Positions 35,641 through 45,300 are shown, counted from the stretch's first letter. The stretch: DNA of 64,000 bases from an uncultured Syntrophobacterales bacterium (GCA_903928915.1 CAIYSL010000068.1:17005-81004); one strand, 5' to 3'. The notes: a model not told the origin generated them from the letters alone. Numbers and translations are program-made.

Positions 35641-36432
35641 TTACGTATCCCTACGACAATCCGGGGAGAAAGGTGCCACAGCAACATCGGACTGCGAGAT
35701 CGGCACTCTCCCCGATTTGCCCGCATGGACCAGGATGATCGAGAGGTACCCCGCCTCGGGGGCTTCGGCCCGCAGGCGGCGGAGGTCGGTCTCGATCCGC
35801 TCGTCCTCCATCGTCGCCCGGGAGACGAAGACGCTCGCCTCTAGGAGTCCTTCGCTCTCGAGGAGGTCGAGGACCTCCGGGAGCCTTCTGCCGATCTTCA
35901 TCAGGACGACGGTGCCGCCGGCTGCAAGCGCCCGCCGGACAGCGGCAAGGTCGTCCTCCGCTGCCGGACAGATGGTCACCGGCTCGCGCCCTTCGCCCAC
36001 GGGAAACTCCGCCCGGGCCGCGGCAGCGCCGAAGGCCGTGATCCCCGGGACGGTGACGGCCGCGAGATCCGGAAGCCGGCTGCGCAGCGCCCGGACGAGG
36101 TAGATGTAGGTCGAGTATAAAAGTGGATCCCCGAGGGTAAGAAAGCAGGCGTCCTCGCCCGTCTCCAGGATCGCGGCGACGCGGCCGGCAGCCGCGTCCC
36201 ACTTGGCGGCGAGCTCGCCCTGGTCCGCCGTCATCGGGAAGTGGAGCTCCTCGACCCGCGCCTCCGGGTCGACCAGCGGCCGCGCAATGGCCAGGGCGAC
36301 GCTCTCGGCCGCGGTCCGCGCCTTAGGGACGAAGAGGTTCCGGCAGCTGATGATCAGCCGCGCACCCTTGAGGGTGATCAGCTCCGGGTCTCCCGGGCCG
36401 ATTCCGATGCCGTAGAGCGTTCCGAGTTTCAT
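35641..36432 (-). CDS. cbiL: cobalt-factor II (precorrin-2) C20-methyltransferase
   Basis: The ATG at 36432 overlaps the cbiE stop (ATGA). MKLGTLYGIGIGPGDPELITLKG...TLGDPLLYSTY. Confidence 0.85.
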   Translation of the reverse strand: MKLGTLYGIGIGPGDPELITLKGARLIISCRNLFVPKARTAAESVALAIARPLVDPEARVEELHFPMTADQGELAAKWDAAAGRVAAILETGEDACFLTLGDPLLYSTYIYLVRALRSRLPDLAAVTVPGITAFGAAAARAEFPVGEGREPVTICPAAEDDLAAVRRALAAGGTVVLMKIGRRLPEVLDLLESEGLLEASVFVSRATMEDERIETDLRRLRAEAPEAGYLSIILVHAGKSGRVPISQSDVAVAPFSPDCRRDT

Positions 36433-37076
36433 GGGATGAGCTCCTCCCTGATGACGAGGATGATCGCCCGCGACGCGACCGGGACCTTGAGCAACTCCTC
36501 TGCCTCGACCTCGCGGACCTTTTCGCCGGGCAGGGTGAGCTCCTCGCAGAGAAAGATGCGCCGCCCGCTGCCCAGCTCCGGGATCAGGCCTGCGGCCCAT
36601 TTGAGCGAACCTTCGCGTCCCCCGAGGATAGCCAGTTTGCCCGCATCCCGCAGGTCCGCGGCCGATTCCTCCGGGTCGCGGCTGTGTGCCGAGACGATCC
36701 GGGCGTCTTCCCAGGCAACGCCGAGCCTCGCAAAGGCGACCTGAACCGAGCTGATCCCGGGGATGACCTCGCAGTTCTCCCGGCCGAAGCGTCTGATCAC
36801 CGGCTGCGCCAGCGAGGCGATCCCCGGGTCGCCCGTGGCGAGGAGGACCACCTGGAGCCCGGCGTCGCGGCGCGCGGCCATCAGGTCAATGGTGCCTTCG
36901 ATATCGGTGCCCGAATCGATCCGTTCCGCAAGGACTTCCGGAAAGAGGTCCTGCAGGCGCCGCGACACGATAAGGACGTCGGCTTTTTGCGCCGCCTCCC
37001 GCGCCGCCGGGGTGAGGTAGGATTCCGCTCCGGGGCCGCAGCCGACGATGATGATCTTTTCCAGTGCTCGTGCCAT
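36429..37076 (-). CDS. cbiE: cobalt-precorrin-7 C5-methyltransferase (CbiE only, no fused CbiT)
   Basis: IIIVGCGPGAESYLT...LATGDPGIASL...VIPGISSVQ. 215 aa. Confidence 0.85.
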   Translation of the reverse strand: MARALEKIIIVGCGPGAESYLTPAAREAAQKADVLIVSRRLQDLFPEVLAERIDSGTDIEGTIDLMAARRDAGLQVVLLATGDPGIASLAQPVIRRFGRENCEVIPGISSVQVAFARLGVAWEDARIVSAHSRDPEESAADLRDAGKLAILGGREGSLKWAAGLIPELGSGRRIFLCEELTLPGEKVREVEAEELLKVPVASRAIILVIREELIP

Positions 37077-37144
37077 GATTCCGATTCTCCCGCCGATCTT
37101 CTCTACCCTGCCCGTTGTGTTGCCTGCGGCTATGCCGTTCCGTT

Positions 37145-38236
37145 TCAGACCGCCCGAACCGTGCCGGCCGGTCGTTTGGCACTCCTGTCGGGGGGCGTAT
37201 CCCCCGCCTCCCCCACGGTCCGGCCGCCGAGGTCGATCAGCACCACGCCCGGAGAGAGGCGTCCTGCCGTCCGCGTCACGACCGCATCCCGTACTGCCGC
37301 TGCGAGGCTGTCGCCCAGGCGCCTCTTCTTATCGGCCGCCAGGGAGGCGAAGAGCCCCTCGACCGTCGCTGCCGAAGGCGCCGGCCGGCCGAGGACCGCT
37401 TGGTGCATCCGCTCCACGACGGGAAGCGCGCTTCCCGACCGGCTGGAATGGGTGTCCCAGTCGCCTGCCGCCAGCTTCGCGAGTTTGCCCGGATGGCCCA
37501 GGATCAACAGCCCCGTGAAGGGGCGGCGGAGGGCCTCGTCGAGGGCGAAGCCCCACTCGTTTCCCACTTCGACGATCTGCGCGTTCGCCACAGGGAAGCG
37601 CTGCCGCGCCGTCCGCTCGCCGATGTGGCCGGGCACAAACACCGGCAGCCGCACACCCGCCGCCGCGGCCACGGCGAGGCTGCAGCGAAGCGACTCCCGG
37701 ATCGCCGAACAGCTGAAGGGGCGGACGATCCCGGTGGTCCCCAGGATCGACAGCCCGCCGGCAATGCCCAGCCGCGGGTTGAAGGTCTTTTTCGCGATCT
37801 CCGCGCCGCCGGGGATTGCGATTGTGACCCGGACGCCCCGGGGGCTGACTTCTCCGAGGGCCTGGGCGATCATCCGCCGCGGCATAGGGTTGATCGCCGG
37901 CTGGCCGGGCGGGACCGCGAGGCCCGGTTTCGTCACCGTCCCCACCCCTTCGCCCGCGGCGAACTCCACGCCTGCGCCTCCGGTCCAGGCCACCGTTGCC
38001 CGAATCAGCGCCCCGTTCGTAACGTCAGGGTCGTCGCCGGCGTCCTTCACGACCGCGGCCTCCGCGCCGCCGTCCACCGGCCGGACAGAGGCGATGGGAA
38101 GCGCGACCCTCGTCCCGCCCGGGAGCGGGATCTCCACGGCCGTCACCGCCCTGCCCTCGGCGAGCAGCAGGAGGGCCGCCTTTGCCGCGGCGGCGGCGCA
38201 GCTTCCGGTGGTGTATCCGCTGCGGAGCGCGCTCAC
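37145..38236 (-). CDS. cbiD: cobalt-precorrin-5B C1-methyltransferase
   Basis: LRSGYTTGSCAAAAAKAA...DAGDDPDVTNG...LGTTGIVRPFS. Confidence 0.9.
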   Translation of the reverse strand: MSALRSGYTTGSCAAAAAKAALLLLAEGRAVTAVEIPLPGGTRVALPIASVRPVDGGAEAAVVKDAGDDPDVTNGALIRATVAWTGGAGVEFAAGEGVGTVTKPGLAVPPGQPAINPMPRRMIAQALGEVSPRGVRVTIAIPGGAEIAKKTFNPRLGIAGGLSILGTTGIVRPFSCSAIRESLRCSLAVAAAAGVRLPVFVPGHIGERTARQRFPVANAQIVEVGNEWGFALDEALRRPFTGLLILGHPGKLAKLAAGDWDTHSSRSGSALPVVERMHQAVLGRPAPSAATVEGLFASLAADKKRRLGDSLAAAVRDAVVTRTAGRLSPGVVLIDLGGRTVGEAGDTPPDRSAKRPAGTVRAV

Positions 38237-39105
38237 GGCTTCGTCTCCTCCTCCAGCGAGTCGATGATCATCTCCTTCGGGATCAGCTCGAGCAGCTGCG
38301 CCCGCGCCTCGCCGATCGTCAGCGGCAGGCGGTCGATCGGGACGCCGTCGTGCCGCTTCATTTCATACATCAAACGCGAGACGTAGGGAAGCCGCAGTTT
38401 CGCCCGGACGATCATCTCCTGATGGCAGAAGATCTCCTCGGCCGGCCCTTCGCAGAGCACCCGCCCCCCGTCGAGGACGGTGATCCGGTTGGCAAACAGC
38501 GGCAGCATGTCCACCGAGTGGGTGGCGAGCACGATCGTCAGCCCTTCCCCGCGGTTGAGCCCCTTCAGGAGCTGCATCATCTGCGCCTCTCCTGCCGGGT
38601 CGAGCCCTGCCGTGGGTTCGTCGAGGATCAGGATTGCCGGGCGCATGGCGATCACCCCGGCAAGGGCGACCCGCTTCTGCTCGCCGAAGCTCAGGTGGTG
38701 GATCGCCCGGCCGCGGAGCGGCAGGGCCGCCACAGCGGCGAGCGCCTCGGTGACGCGTTGCTGCACCTCTGCCTCGGGGAGGTTCAGGTTGCGGGGGCCG
38801 AAGGCCACGTCCTCCTCCACGGTGGCGGCGAACAGCTGGTCGTTCGGGTTCTGGAACACGAGCCCCACCCGTTGGTGGAGCTCCTCCGCGGAGAGCCCGC
38901 CGATCGGCCGCCCGTTGATCCGGATTTCTCCGGAACGGGCCGTGAGCAGACCCACGAGGAGGTTGATCAGCGTGGTCTTGCCCGACCCGTTCGACCCCAG
39001 GATGGCCACGAACTCCCCCTCGCCGACGGTGAAGTCGATCCCGGCGAGCGCCTCGGTGCCGTCGTCGTAGCGGTAATGCACCCCGTGGACTTCGATCGCC
39101 TTCAT
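38233..39105 (-). CDS. cbiO: cobalt ECF transporter ATPase
   Basis: The ATG at 39105 overlaps the cbiQ stop (ATGA). Walker A GSNGSGKTT, signature LSFGEQKRV, Walker B ILILDEPT. Confidence 0.9.
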   Translation of the reverse strand: MKAIEVHGVHYRYDDGTEALAGIDFTVGEGEFVAILGSNGSGKTTLINLLVGLLTARSGEIRINGRPIGGLSAEELHQRVGLVFQNPNDQLFAATVEEDVAFGPRNLNLPEAEVQQRVTEALAAVAALPLRGRAIHHLSFGEQKRVALAGVIAMRPAILILDEPTAGLDPAGEAQMMQLLKGLNRGEGLTIVLATHSVDMLPLFANRITVLDGGRVLCEGPAEEIFCHQEMIVRAKLRLPYVSRLMYEMKRHDGVPIDRLPLTIGEARAQLLELIPKEMIIDSLEEETKP

Positions 39106-39878
39106 CCGGCCACCCCCCATTCGATCAGCCGGCCGGCGGTGATCAGGATGACCGCGACGACCAGGACCAGCCGGTCCCTCCTGCCTATCGCCGGGAGCGG
39201 GCCGAAGGGCATGGTTCCCCGATAGCCGCGCAGCCGCATCGCCTCGCCGGTCCGCTCTGCCTGCTCGCAGGAGTGGATCAGCGTCGCCCCGGCGAGCATG
39301 GCGAAGGAGCCGAGCGAGCGCCGCCCCCCCCGGTAGCCCAGGCGAAGCCGCTGGGCCGCGGCGATGTTCGCCGTCCGGTCCATCAGGACGAAGATGTAGC
39401 GGTACATCAGGATCGCCACCTCCAGCCAGGTCTGCGAGATCCCGAAGGAGCGGAGGGCCTGGAAGATCCGGTGGGCCGGGGTCACGAGGCCGAGCAGAAA
39501 GACCACCGACAGGGCGCCCAGGACCCGGGAGCCCAGGAGCGTCCCCTGGCGGAGCCCTTCGGCCTTCAGGATCAGCTGCCATCCCGCAAGGGTGAAGGAG
39601 TACAGCGGCGTCGACCCCGTGACAAAGGCCTGCAGGACGACCAGCAGCGCCGTGACTGCAAGCGGCGCTGCCAGGCGGGCGGCGGCCAGCCGGAGAGGGA
39701 CCCGCAGGACGGCGCCGGCGCCGAGGCAGAGGCCGGCCAGCAGAAGCGGCAGGAAGGTCCGCTCCGCGGTGACCACGGCGACGAGCGCCGCCAGGGCGAT
39801 CAGCAGTTTCGCCCGGGGATCGATCCGGGTGAGCGCGTTGTCCCGGTAGGTGAAGATGTCTGAAAAAAGGTCAAACAT
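39102..39878 (-). CDS. cbiQ: cobalt ECF transporter T component
   Basis: Multi-TM protein with the conserved ARG-type motif region (AAAQRLRLGYRG). Confidence 0.85.
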   Translation of the reverse strand: MFDLFSDIFTYRDNALTRIDPRAKLLIALAALVAVVTAERTFLPLLLAGLCLGAGAVLRVPLRLAAARLAAPLAVTALLVVLQAFVTGSTPLYSFTLAGWQLILKAEGLRQGTLLGSRVLGALSVVFLLGLVTPAHRIFQALRSFGISQTWLEVAILMYRYIFVLMDRTANIAAAQRLRLGYRGGRRSLGSFAMLAGATLIHSCEQAERTGEAMRLRGYRGTMPFGPLPAIGRRDRLVLVVAVILITAGRLIEWGVAG

Positions 39879-40902
39879 AATTATCTTTGCGGCGCCGCGG
39901 GGGGAAGAGGGTCCGGAAATTGTAGCCGGCGACGAACCCGCCGCCGATCCCTGCCAGCAGAAAAACGAACAGCAGCAGGTCTCCCTGGTCGGTGTTGAGC
40001 AGGGGTTCGCGGCTGGGCCGCCCCGCCTTCTCGGCGACCTTCTCGATCACCGCCTCGTCCACGCCCGGCCAGGAGGCGGCCCGGACAGGGGCGGGGGCGG
40101 CGATCAGAAGTATCGCGAGGATCATGGCCAGGCCGGCCTTGCCCGGAGCCGTCCCTCCTGCCGCCATCCCCAGTAGCTCCGGCTTGCGGCTCCTGATGAA
40201 GGCGAGGGCGCCCGCGGACAGGAATCCTTCGAGGATCCCCAGAGGCAGCTGGGTGGGGACGAAGGCCAGCAGGATCAGCGAGAGCATCGCCGAAAATGGG
40301 CCGCTGCCGTGGAGGGCCGCGGCCAGCTCGACCGAGGTCATGGCATAGGTGGCCCAGTCGGAGAAGAGCCCTGCCAGGAACGCCGCACCTGCCCACGGGA
40401 GCCCCAGCCGGCGGCCGATCAGGTACGCGGCGTAGCCGGCATAGGCCCCGGCCACCCCCATCGAGAGGATGTTCGCCCCGAGGGTGGTGAGCCCCCCGTG
40501 GGCGAGGAAGAGCGCCTGGAGGGTGAGCGCGATGCTCGCCACGACCACGGTGAGCCCCGGGCCGATCAGGATCGCCGCAAGCCCCGTCCCGGCGGGGTGG
40601 GAGCAGGTCCCGGCGGTGGGAATGGGGATGGGCATGCAGGAGATCAGAAACACCGCCGCCCCTACCAGGCCGACGAAGGGTTTGAAGGAGGGGGCGTCTT
40701 CGCTCCTGTGCCGGATGTCCCGAAGACCCCAGGCAACGAAGGGGAGGGCGACGGCGTACCAGAGCGCCGCCCAGGAGAAGGGGAGTATCCCCTCGGAGAT
40801 GTGCATCGCCAGGGCCGGCGGCGGCGCGAAGAGGGATGCGCCCGCCGCAACGGTAGCCAGCAGTATCGTCAGCCGGTTGTTTTCGCTGATCCGTAGCCGC
40901 AT
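39871..40902 (-). CDS. cbiM: cobalt ECF transporter S component CbiM fused to CbiN
   Basis: Leader followed by the mature-type MHISEGILP N-terminus of CbiM. The C-terminal ~90 aa (WPGVDEAVIEKVAEKAG...GDLLLFVFLLAGIGGGFVAGY) has CbiN topology and motifs. Confidence 0.85.
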   Translation of the reverse strand: MRLRISENNRLTILLATVAAGASLFAPPPALAMHISEGILPFSWAALWYAVALPFVAWGLRDIRHRSEDAPSFKPFVGLVGAAVFLISCMPIPIPTAGTCSHPAGTGLAAILIGPGLTVVVASIALTLQALFLAHGGLTTLGANILSMGVAGAYAGYAAYLIGRRLGLPWAGAAFLAGLFSDWATYAMTSVELAAALHGSGPFSAMLSLILLAFVPTQLPLGILEGFLSAGALAFIRSRKPELLGMAAGGTAPGKAGLAMILAILLIAAPAPVRAASWPGVDEAVIEKVAEKAGRPSREPLLNTDQGDLLLFVFLLAGIGGGFVAGYNFRTLFPPRRRKDNYV

Positions 40903-40906
40903 GGCT

Positions 40907-41380
40907 TCACTCCTTTCGTTCCATTTCCGTGGGATGCCGGTCGATCGGCGCCGGCGGGAGCGTCCGGATGTCGCAGAGCTCCAACGATTCCCCGACCCTT
41001 TTACGGACGAGGGCGACGAGGGAGTCGTCGTAGCCCAGGTGCCTGCCCAGGATCAGGCGGACTTCCGGGTGCTTTGCCGCCGCCTCCCGGAGCATCTCCG
41101 GGATGTCCAGGCGCAGATGGACGCCGAAGTGGAGGAAGTAGGGCAGGACGATGACCTCCCGCGCCCCCCGCCCGACGCACCTGTCGAACACCTCGGCGAA
41201 GGGCGTCCCCCTGCCGCCCATCCGGCAGAGCTCCACAATCCCGCCGTCCTGTCTGCGCAGGGCTTCGGCGACCGTCTCCATGTCCTCGTCTGCCCCGGCG
41301 GCGCGGCTCCCGTGGCCGATGAGGATCACGGCCCGCGGCCCTCCTTCCCGTGGATTACATGCAACGCGATCCTGTGTCAT
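40907..41380 (-). CDS. cbiX: sirohydrochlorin cobaltochelatase, small CbiX type
   Basis: AVILIGHGSR...VLPYFLHFGVHL... Confidence 0.8.
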   Translation of the reverse strand: MTQDRVACNPREGGPRAVILIGHGSRAAGADEDMETVAEALRRQDGGIVELCRMGGRGTPFAEVFDRCVGRGAREVIVLPYFLHFGVHLRLDIPEMLREAAAKHPEVRLILGRHLGYDDSLVALVRKRVGESLELCDIRTLPPAPIDRHPTEMERKE

Positions 41381-41410
41381 GCTCTTCTCCTGAAAGCCTT
41401 TCTGAAACCT

Positions 41411-42109
41411 TCATGCCGTTTCTTCACCAGCCGCCTCCGCCGCCAGGCCGCAGAGGGCGTGCAGGACGCTCACCGCCAGCGGACTGCCGCCGCGGCGTCC
41501 GGCCGTGGCGATGTAGGGGACCCCGAGCGACATCAGCTCCTCCTTGCTCTCCGTGACGTGGACGAACCCCACCGGGAGCGCCACGACCAGGGCCGGGAGG
41601 ATTCGCTCCTCGGCGATCATCCGGCTGATCTCCATCAGTGCCACCGGGGCGTTGCCGATCAGGACGATCGCGCCGTCGATGAGCGGCTTTGCCTTCTGGA
41701 CGGCGTGGAGCGAGCGGGGAAGACCGCTCCGCCGGGCCATGCGCTCCACGTCGTCGTCGGCGACATGGCAGACGATGCTCTCGCGCCGGTAGAACCCGCA
41801 GACGCCGCGGAGGCGGGCGAGCGAAATCCCCGTGCGGATCATGTTCGAGTCGGCGAAGATCGTCCGGCACCCCTTGATCGCCTTGACGCCGGCAGCGACG
41901 GCGTCGGGCGAGAAGCGGACCGACTCGACGATTGCGAAATCGCCCACGGTATGGATCATCCGCCGGACGATCCGCCACTCTGCCGGCCCGAAGCGGTGGG
42001 GCGGGGCTTCGCGATCGATGATCTCCAGCGAACGCGCTTCGATCTCGGGGCCGCTCATCGGCGCCTCCAGGAAGGCCCTGATCAGCGGCCGGTCGGGTGT
42101 CTCGTTCAT
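41411..42109 (-). CDS. cbiC: cobalt-precorrin-8 methylmutase
   Basis: The ATG at 42109 overlaps the cbiA stop. IHTVGDF...VLIGNAPVAL...VVALPVGFV. The remainder of the 569-aa track ORF is an out-of-gene extension. Confidence 0.9.
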   Translation of the reverse strand: MNETPDRPLIRAFLEAPMSGPEIEARSLEIIDREAPPHRFGPAEWRIVRRMIHTVGDFAIVESVRFSPDAVAAGVKAIKGCRTIFADSNMIRTGISLARLRGVCGFYRRESIVCHVADDDVERMARRSGLPRSLHAVQKAKPLIDGAIVLIGNAPVALMEISRMIAEERILPALVVALPVGFVHVTESKEELMSLGVPYIATAGRRGGSPLAVSVLHALCGLAAEAAGEETA

Positions 42110-43605
42110 GGCAGGCCTCCCAATCGGTTGACGAACCGTTCGATCGCCGCCGGAGACGCGGCGTGGTAGAGGTGGGTGTACGAGGCCAGGATCGCCTCCT
42201 TCTGGAACCCCTCGGCCTCGAAGGCCGCGGAGCGGCGCCGCCGGAGGCCGTAGACCCGCCGCCAGGCAGGATCGGCGGCCGGGTCGCCGACCAGCTCGGA
42301 ATAGTGGAACTCGTGTCCCCGCATTGTCGCACCGCGGACGCCCCAGAGTGAATCCTCGGCCAGGGTGACTTCGACGTACCCGAGCGTCTTCTTCCGTTCC
42401 AACATCCGCGTACGCGCCGGCAGTATCCCGAGGAAGGGGGTGAAGCGGCCGTCGGCCAGCAGCCCCTCCGAGAGGTACATCAACCCGCCGCATTCGGCGT
42501 ACAGGGGCTTCCCGGAAGCGGCGAAGGCCCGGACCGCGGCGAGCATCTCGGTGTTTCCCGCGAGGGCCGCGGCGTGGGCCTCGGGGTAGCCGCCGCCGAG
42601 GTAGAGGCCGTCGATTTCGGCGGGGAGCCGGCGGTCGGCCAGCGGCGAGAAGAAGGCGATCTCGCACCCGGCGGCGGCGAGGGCGTCGAACAGGGCCTGG
42701 TAGTAGAAGTGGAACGCGGCGTCCCGGGCCACGCCGAGGCGGCACCGGGCGGGCCGGCGGCTGGGGGCTGTCTCTTCCACCGCATCCGCGGTATCCGCGG
42801 GGCAACGCGGCAGGTCCGGCGGAAGATCGTTCACCCCGGCGAAAATCGGTGTCCCGCGTGATTCTGGATGCCCGGTCGAGTCCGGCCTGACAACAGCGGG
42901 CCCATTGCCCTGCTGGATGAAGAGCGTCGGGAAGAGCTTCCCGATGGAAAGATGGCGTTCCAGGGCCGCGGAGAATTCGTCGAGGAGCGCCTCGGGCACC
43001 AGCCCCTGGTCGGCGGTGACGAGGCCGAGGTGGCGCCGGCTGAGCTCCGGGAAGGCGCCACGCGGGACCGCCCCGAGCAGCGGAGGCTGGCCCGCTGCGG
43101 AAAGCGCGTCGGAAAGCCACTCCGCGTGGCGTTCGGAGCCGCAGTGGTTGGCGACGACGCCGGCGAACCGGATGTCCGGCGCGAACCCCGTGAACCCCGC
43201 GACCAGGGCGGCGATGCTCCGCCCCATCCCGTGGACGTTCGCCACGAGGAGGACCGGGGCGTCGAGCCAGCGGGCGATCTCGGCGGTGCTCCCCGCGTCG
43301 GTTGCCGTGTCGGCCCCGTCGTATAGCCCCATCACCCCCTCGACGACGGCGCAGTCGGCATCGGCCGCGGCCCGGCGAAAGAGGCTCCCGACGTGCTCCC
43401 GGCCGGCCATCCAGCCGTCCAGGTTGTGACAGGGCCGCCCCGAGGCAAGGCTGAGGTAGGTCGGGTCGAGGAAGTCCGGCCCCACCTTGAAGGTCTGGAC
43501 GCGGAGCCCCCGGCGGCTGAGCGCCCGGCTGAGCGCGAGGCTGAGCGAGGTCTTTCCCGATCCGCTGTGGGTTCCGGCGATGACCAGTGTCGGGAGGTCC
43601 GCCAT
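42106..43605 (-). CDS. cbiA: cobyrinate a,c-diamide synthase
   Basis: ATG at 43605 (MADLPTLVIAGTHSGSGKTS). VGPDFLDP, and a C-terminal GATase domain (AECGGLMYL). Confidence 0.9.
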   Translation of the reverse strand: MADLPTLVIAGTHSGSGKTSLSLALSRALSRRGLRVQTFKVGPDFLDPTYLSLASGRPCHNLDGWMAGREHVGSLFRRAAADADCAVVEGVMGLYDGADTATDAGSTAEIARWLDAPVLLVANVHGMGRSIAALVAGFTGFAPDIRFAGVVANHCGSERHAEWLSDALSAAGQPPLLGAVPRGAFPELSRRHLGLVTADQGLVPEALLDEFSAALERHLSIGKLFPTLFIQQGNGPAVVRPDSTGHPESRGTPIFAGVNDLPPDLPRCPADTADAVEETAPSRRPARCRLGVARDAAFHFYYQALFDALAAAGCEIAFFSPLADRRLPAEIDGLYLGGGYPEAHAAALAGNTEMLAAVRAFAASGKPLYAECGGLMYLSEGLLADGRFTPFLGILPARTRMLERKKTLGYVEVTLAEDSLWGVRGATMRGHEFHYSELVGDPAADPAWRRVYGLRRRRSAAFEAEGFQKEAILASYTHLYHAASPAAIERFVNRLGGLP

Positions 43606-44132
43606 CAGTATTCCACCCCTTTCGTCGCCTTCAGGCCCGCGTCGAACCCGTGTTTCACGCAGCGGACCTCGGAGACCGTGTCGGCGGCGGCGATCAGCCC
43701 CTCCGTGGCCCCCCGCCCGGTCAGGACGATGACGACGCCCGGGGCCCGTTCCCGGAGGAGGCGCAGGACTAACTCCTCTGCGATCAGGTTCCGGGCGACG
43801 GCGTAACACCCCTCGTCGAGGATCACCAGGCCGTACCGCCCCGAGCAGGCGGCCTCCGAAGCGATGCGGAGCCCTTCCTCGGCGGCCAGGCGGTGCTCCC
43901 CGAAGCGGGGATCGTCCTCGGGCGGCACGAACCCGCGCCCCGTGACGAACATCTCGACACCGGGGAGTCGGCTCAGGGCCGCAAACTCGCCGGTCTGTAC
44001 GTCGGACTTGACGAACTGGATGATGGCGACGGGGATCCCGTGGCCGTGCGCCCGGACGGCCATCCCCAGGGCAGCCGTGGTCTTTCCCTTGCCGTCACCG
44101 GTAACGATCAGGGTGCGCTCTTCTTCTGCCAT
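43605..44132 (-). CDS. cobO: cob(I)yrinic acid a,c-diamide adenosyltransferase
   Basis: GDGKGKTTAALG...IQFVK...LDE. Confidence 0.9.
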   Translation of the reverse strand: MAEEERTLIVTGDGKGKTTAALGMAVRAHGHGIPVAIIQFVKSDVQTGEFAALSRLPGVEMFVTGRGFVPPEDDPRFGEHRLAAEEGLRIASEAACSGRYGLVILDEGCYAVARNLIAEELVLRLLRERAPGVVIVLTGRGATEGLIAAADTVSEVRCVKHGFDAGLKATKGVEY

Positions 44133-44152
44133 GGATTGGTGCCTCCTTTTTT

Positions 44153-44198
44153 CACCCTCACCCCGGCCCCGCTCCCGTCGAGGGAGAGGGAGAGCCCC
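44153..44198. repeat. G/C-rich imperfect palindromic intergenic element (REP-like), copy 1
   Basis: CACCCTCACCCCGGCCCCGCTCCCGTCGAGGGAGAGGGAGAGCCCC, between cbiB and cobO. Shares CACCCTCA and a GGGAG(A/G)GG hairpin with copy 2. Confidence 0.4.
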
Positions 44199-44243
44199 TG
44201 TCTGCCCTTGCTCCGGGAAACGGGGAACCCGCCGCTTATCCTC

Positions 44244-45206
44244 TTACGCGCCCCCGAGGAGCCTTGCCGCTGCCCAGCGCAGTGAAGGGAAGCTTGTCGC
44301 GGCGATGGCCGTGGCCAGGAACATCAGCCGGTTTGCCGTCACGATGTGGCCGCGGACAAGCGGCACGACCGGGTCGCCGATCTGCGGCTGGTTCACGGGC
44401 CGGCCCCGCCGTTCCATCACCCCCCCCAGCCGGACCCCCAGGGCCCCGGCGACCGTAGCCTCGGCGATCCCCGAGTTGGGGCTCGGATGCTTCCGGCCGT
44501 CGCGGCGGGCGATCCGCCAGGCGGCAGCCGCCGGGAGGCCCAGGAGCGCCGCCGAGGCCGTCAGGATCGGCGCCGCGAGCCGCGCGGGGAGATAGTTCGC
44601 CGCATCGTCGAGCCGCGCGGCGGTCCTGCCGAAATCGATGTAGCGTTCGTTCTTGTAGCCGATCATCGAGTCGAGGGTGTTGATGGCCTTGTAGGTCATC
44701 GCCCCGACCGGACCGCCGAGCGCCGCGAAAAACAGCGGCGCGATGATCCCGTCGACGGTGTTTTCGGCAACGCTCTCGACGGCGGCACGGACGACCTCCG
44801 TCTCGGTCAGCCGTTCCGTGTCGCGTCCCACCATCCAGGAGACGAGGCGCCGGGCCTCGGCCAGGTCGAACCGCTCCAGCGCCCGGTACACGGCGACACT
44901 GTGGCGGGCCAGGTCCCGGGCGGCGACGGTCGTGTACAGCACGACGATCCCGACCGCGTCGCCGACGAGCGGGTGGATCGCCCGGGCGATCCCGAGCAGC
45001 GCCGCCGTGGCCAGGGCCGTGGCGGCGATCACCGTCAGGGCCGTCACTCCCCCGGCGAGGCGCGCATCCGGAAACGCCCGCCGCGCCGGACCCTCCAGGG
45101 CCCCGATCATCCGGCCGATCAGGCGGACCGGGTGGGGGAGCCAGCGCGGATCGCCGAAGGCGAGGTCGAGCAGAACGGCGATTATGATCTGATACTCCAA
45201 TCTCAT
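44244..45206 (-). CDS. cbiB: adenosylcobinamide-phosphate synthase
   Basis: LLDLAFGDPRWLPHPVRLIG...PSPNSG..., multi-TM. Confidence 0.9.
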   Translation of the reverse strand: MRLEYQIIIAVLLDLAFGDPRWLPHPVRLIGRMIGALEGPARRAFPDARLAGGVTALTVIAATALATAALLGIARAIHPLVGDAVGIVVLYTTVAARDLARHSVAVYRALERFDLAEARRLVSWMVGRDTERLTETEVVRAAVESVAENTVDGIIAPLFFAALGGPVGAMTYKAINTLDSMIGYKNERYIDFGRTAARLDDAANYLPARLAAPILTASAALLGLPAAAAWRIARRDGRKHPSPNSGIAEATVAGALGVRLGGVMERRGRPVNQPQIGDPVVPLVRGHIVTANRLMFLATAIAATSFPSLRWAAARLLGGA

Positions 45207-45253
45207 CGGTGGCTCCGGAAATGCTGCTTGACGATCTCGTAAAAAATCAATTT

Positions 45254-45300
45254 TCCCCTCCCCTGGCGGGAGGGGATTAAGGGGAGGGGGCTCACCCTCA
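45254..45300. repeat. G/C-rich palindromic intergenic element (REP-like), copy 2
   Basis: TCCCCTCCC-CTGGC-GGGAGGGGA, a perfect 9-bp stem, followed by TTAAGGGGAGGGGGCTCACCCTCA. Lies between the cobD-cobQ fusion and cbiB. Confidence 0.4.
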
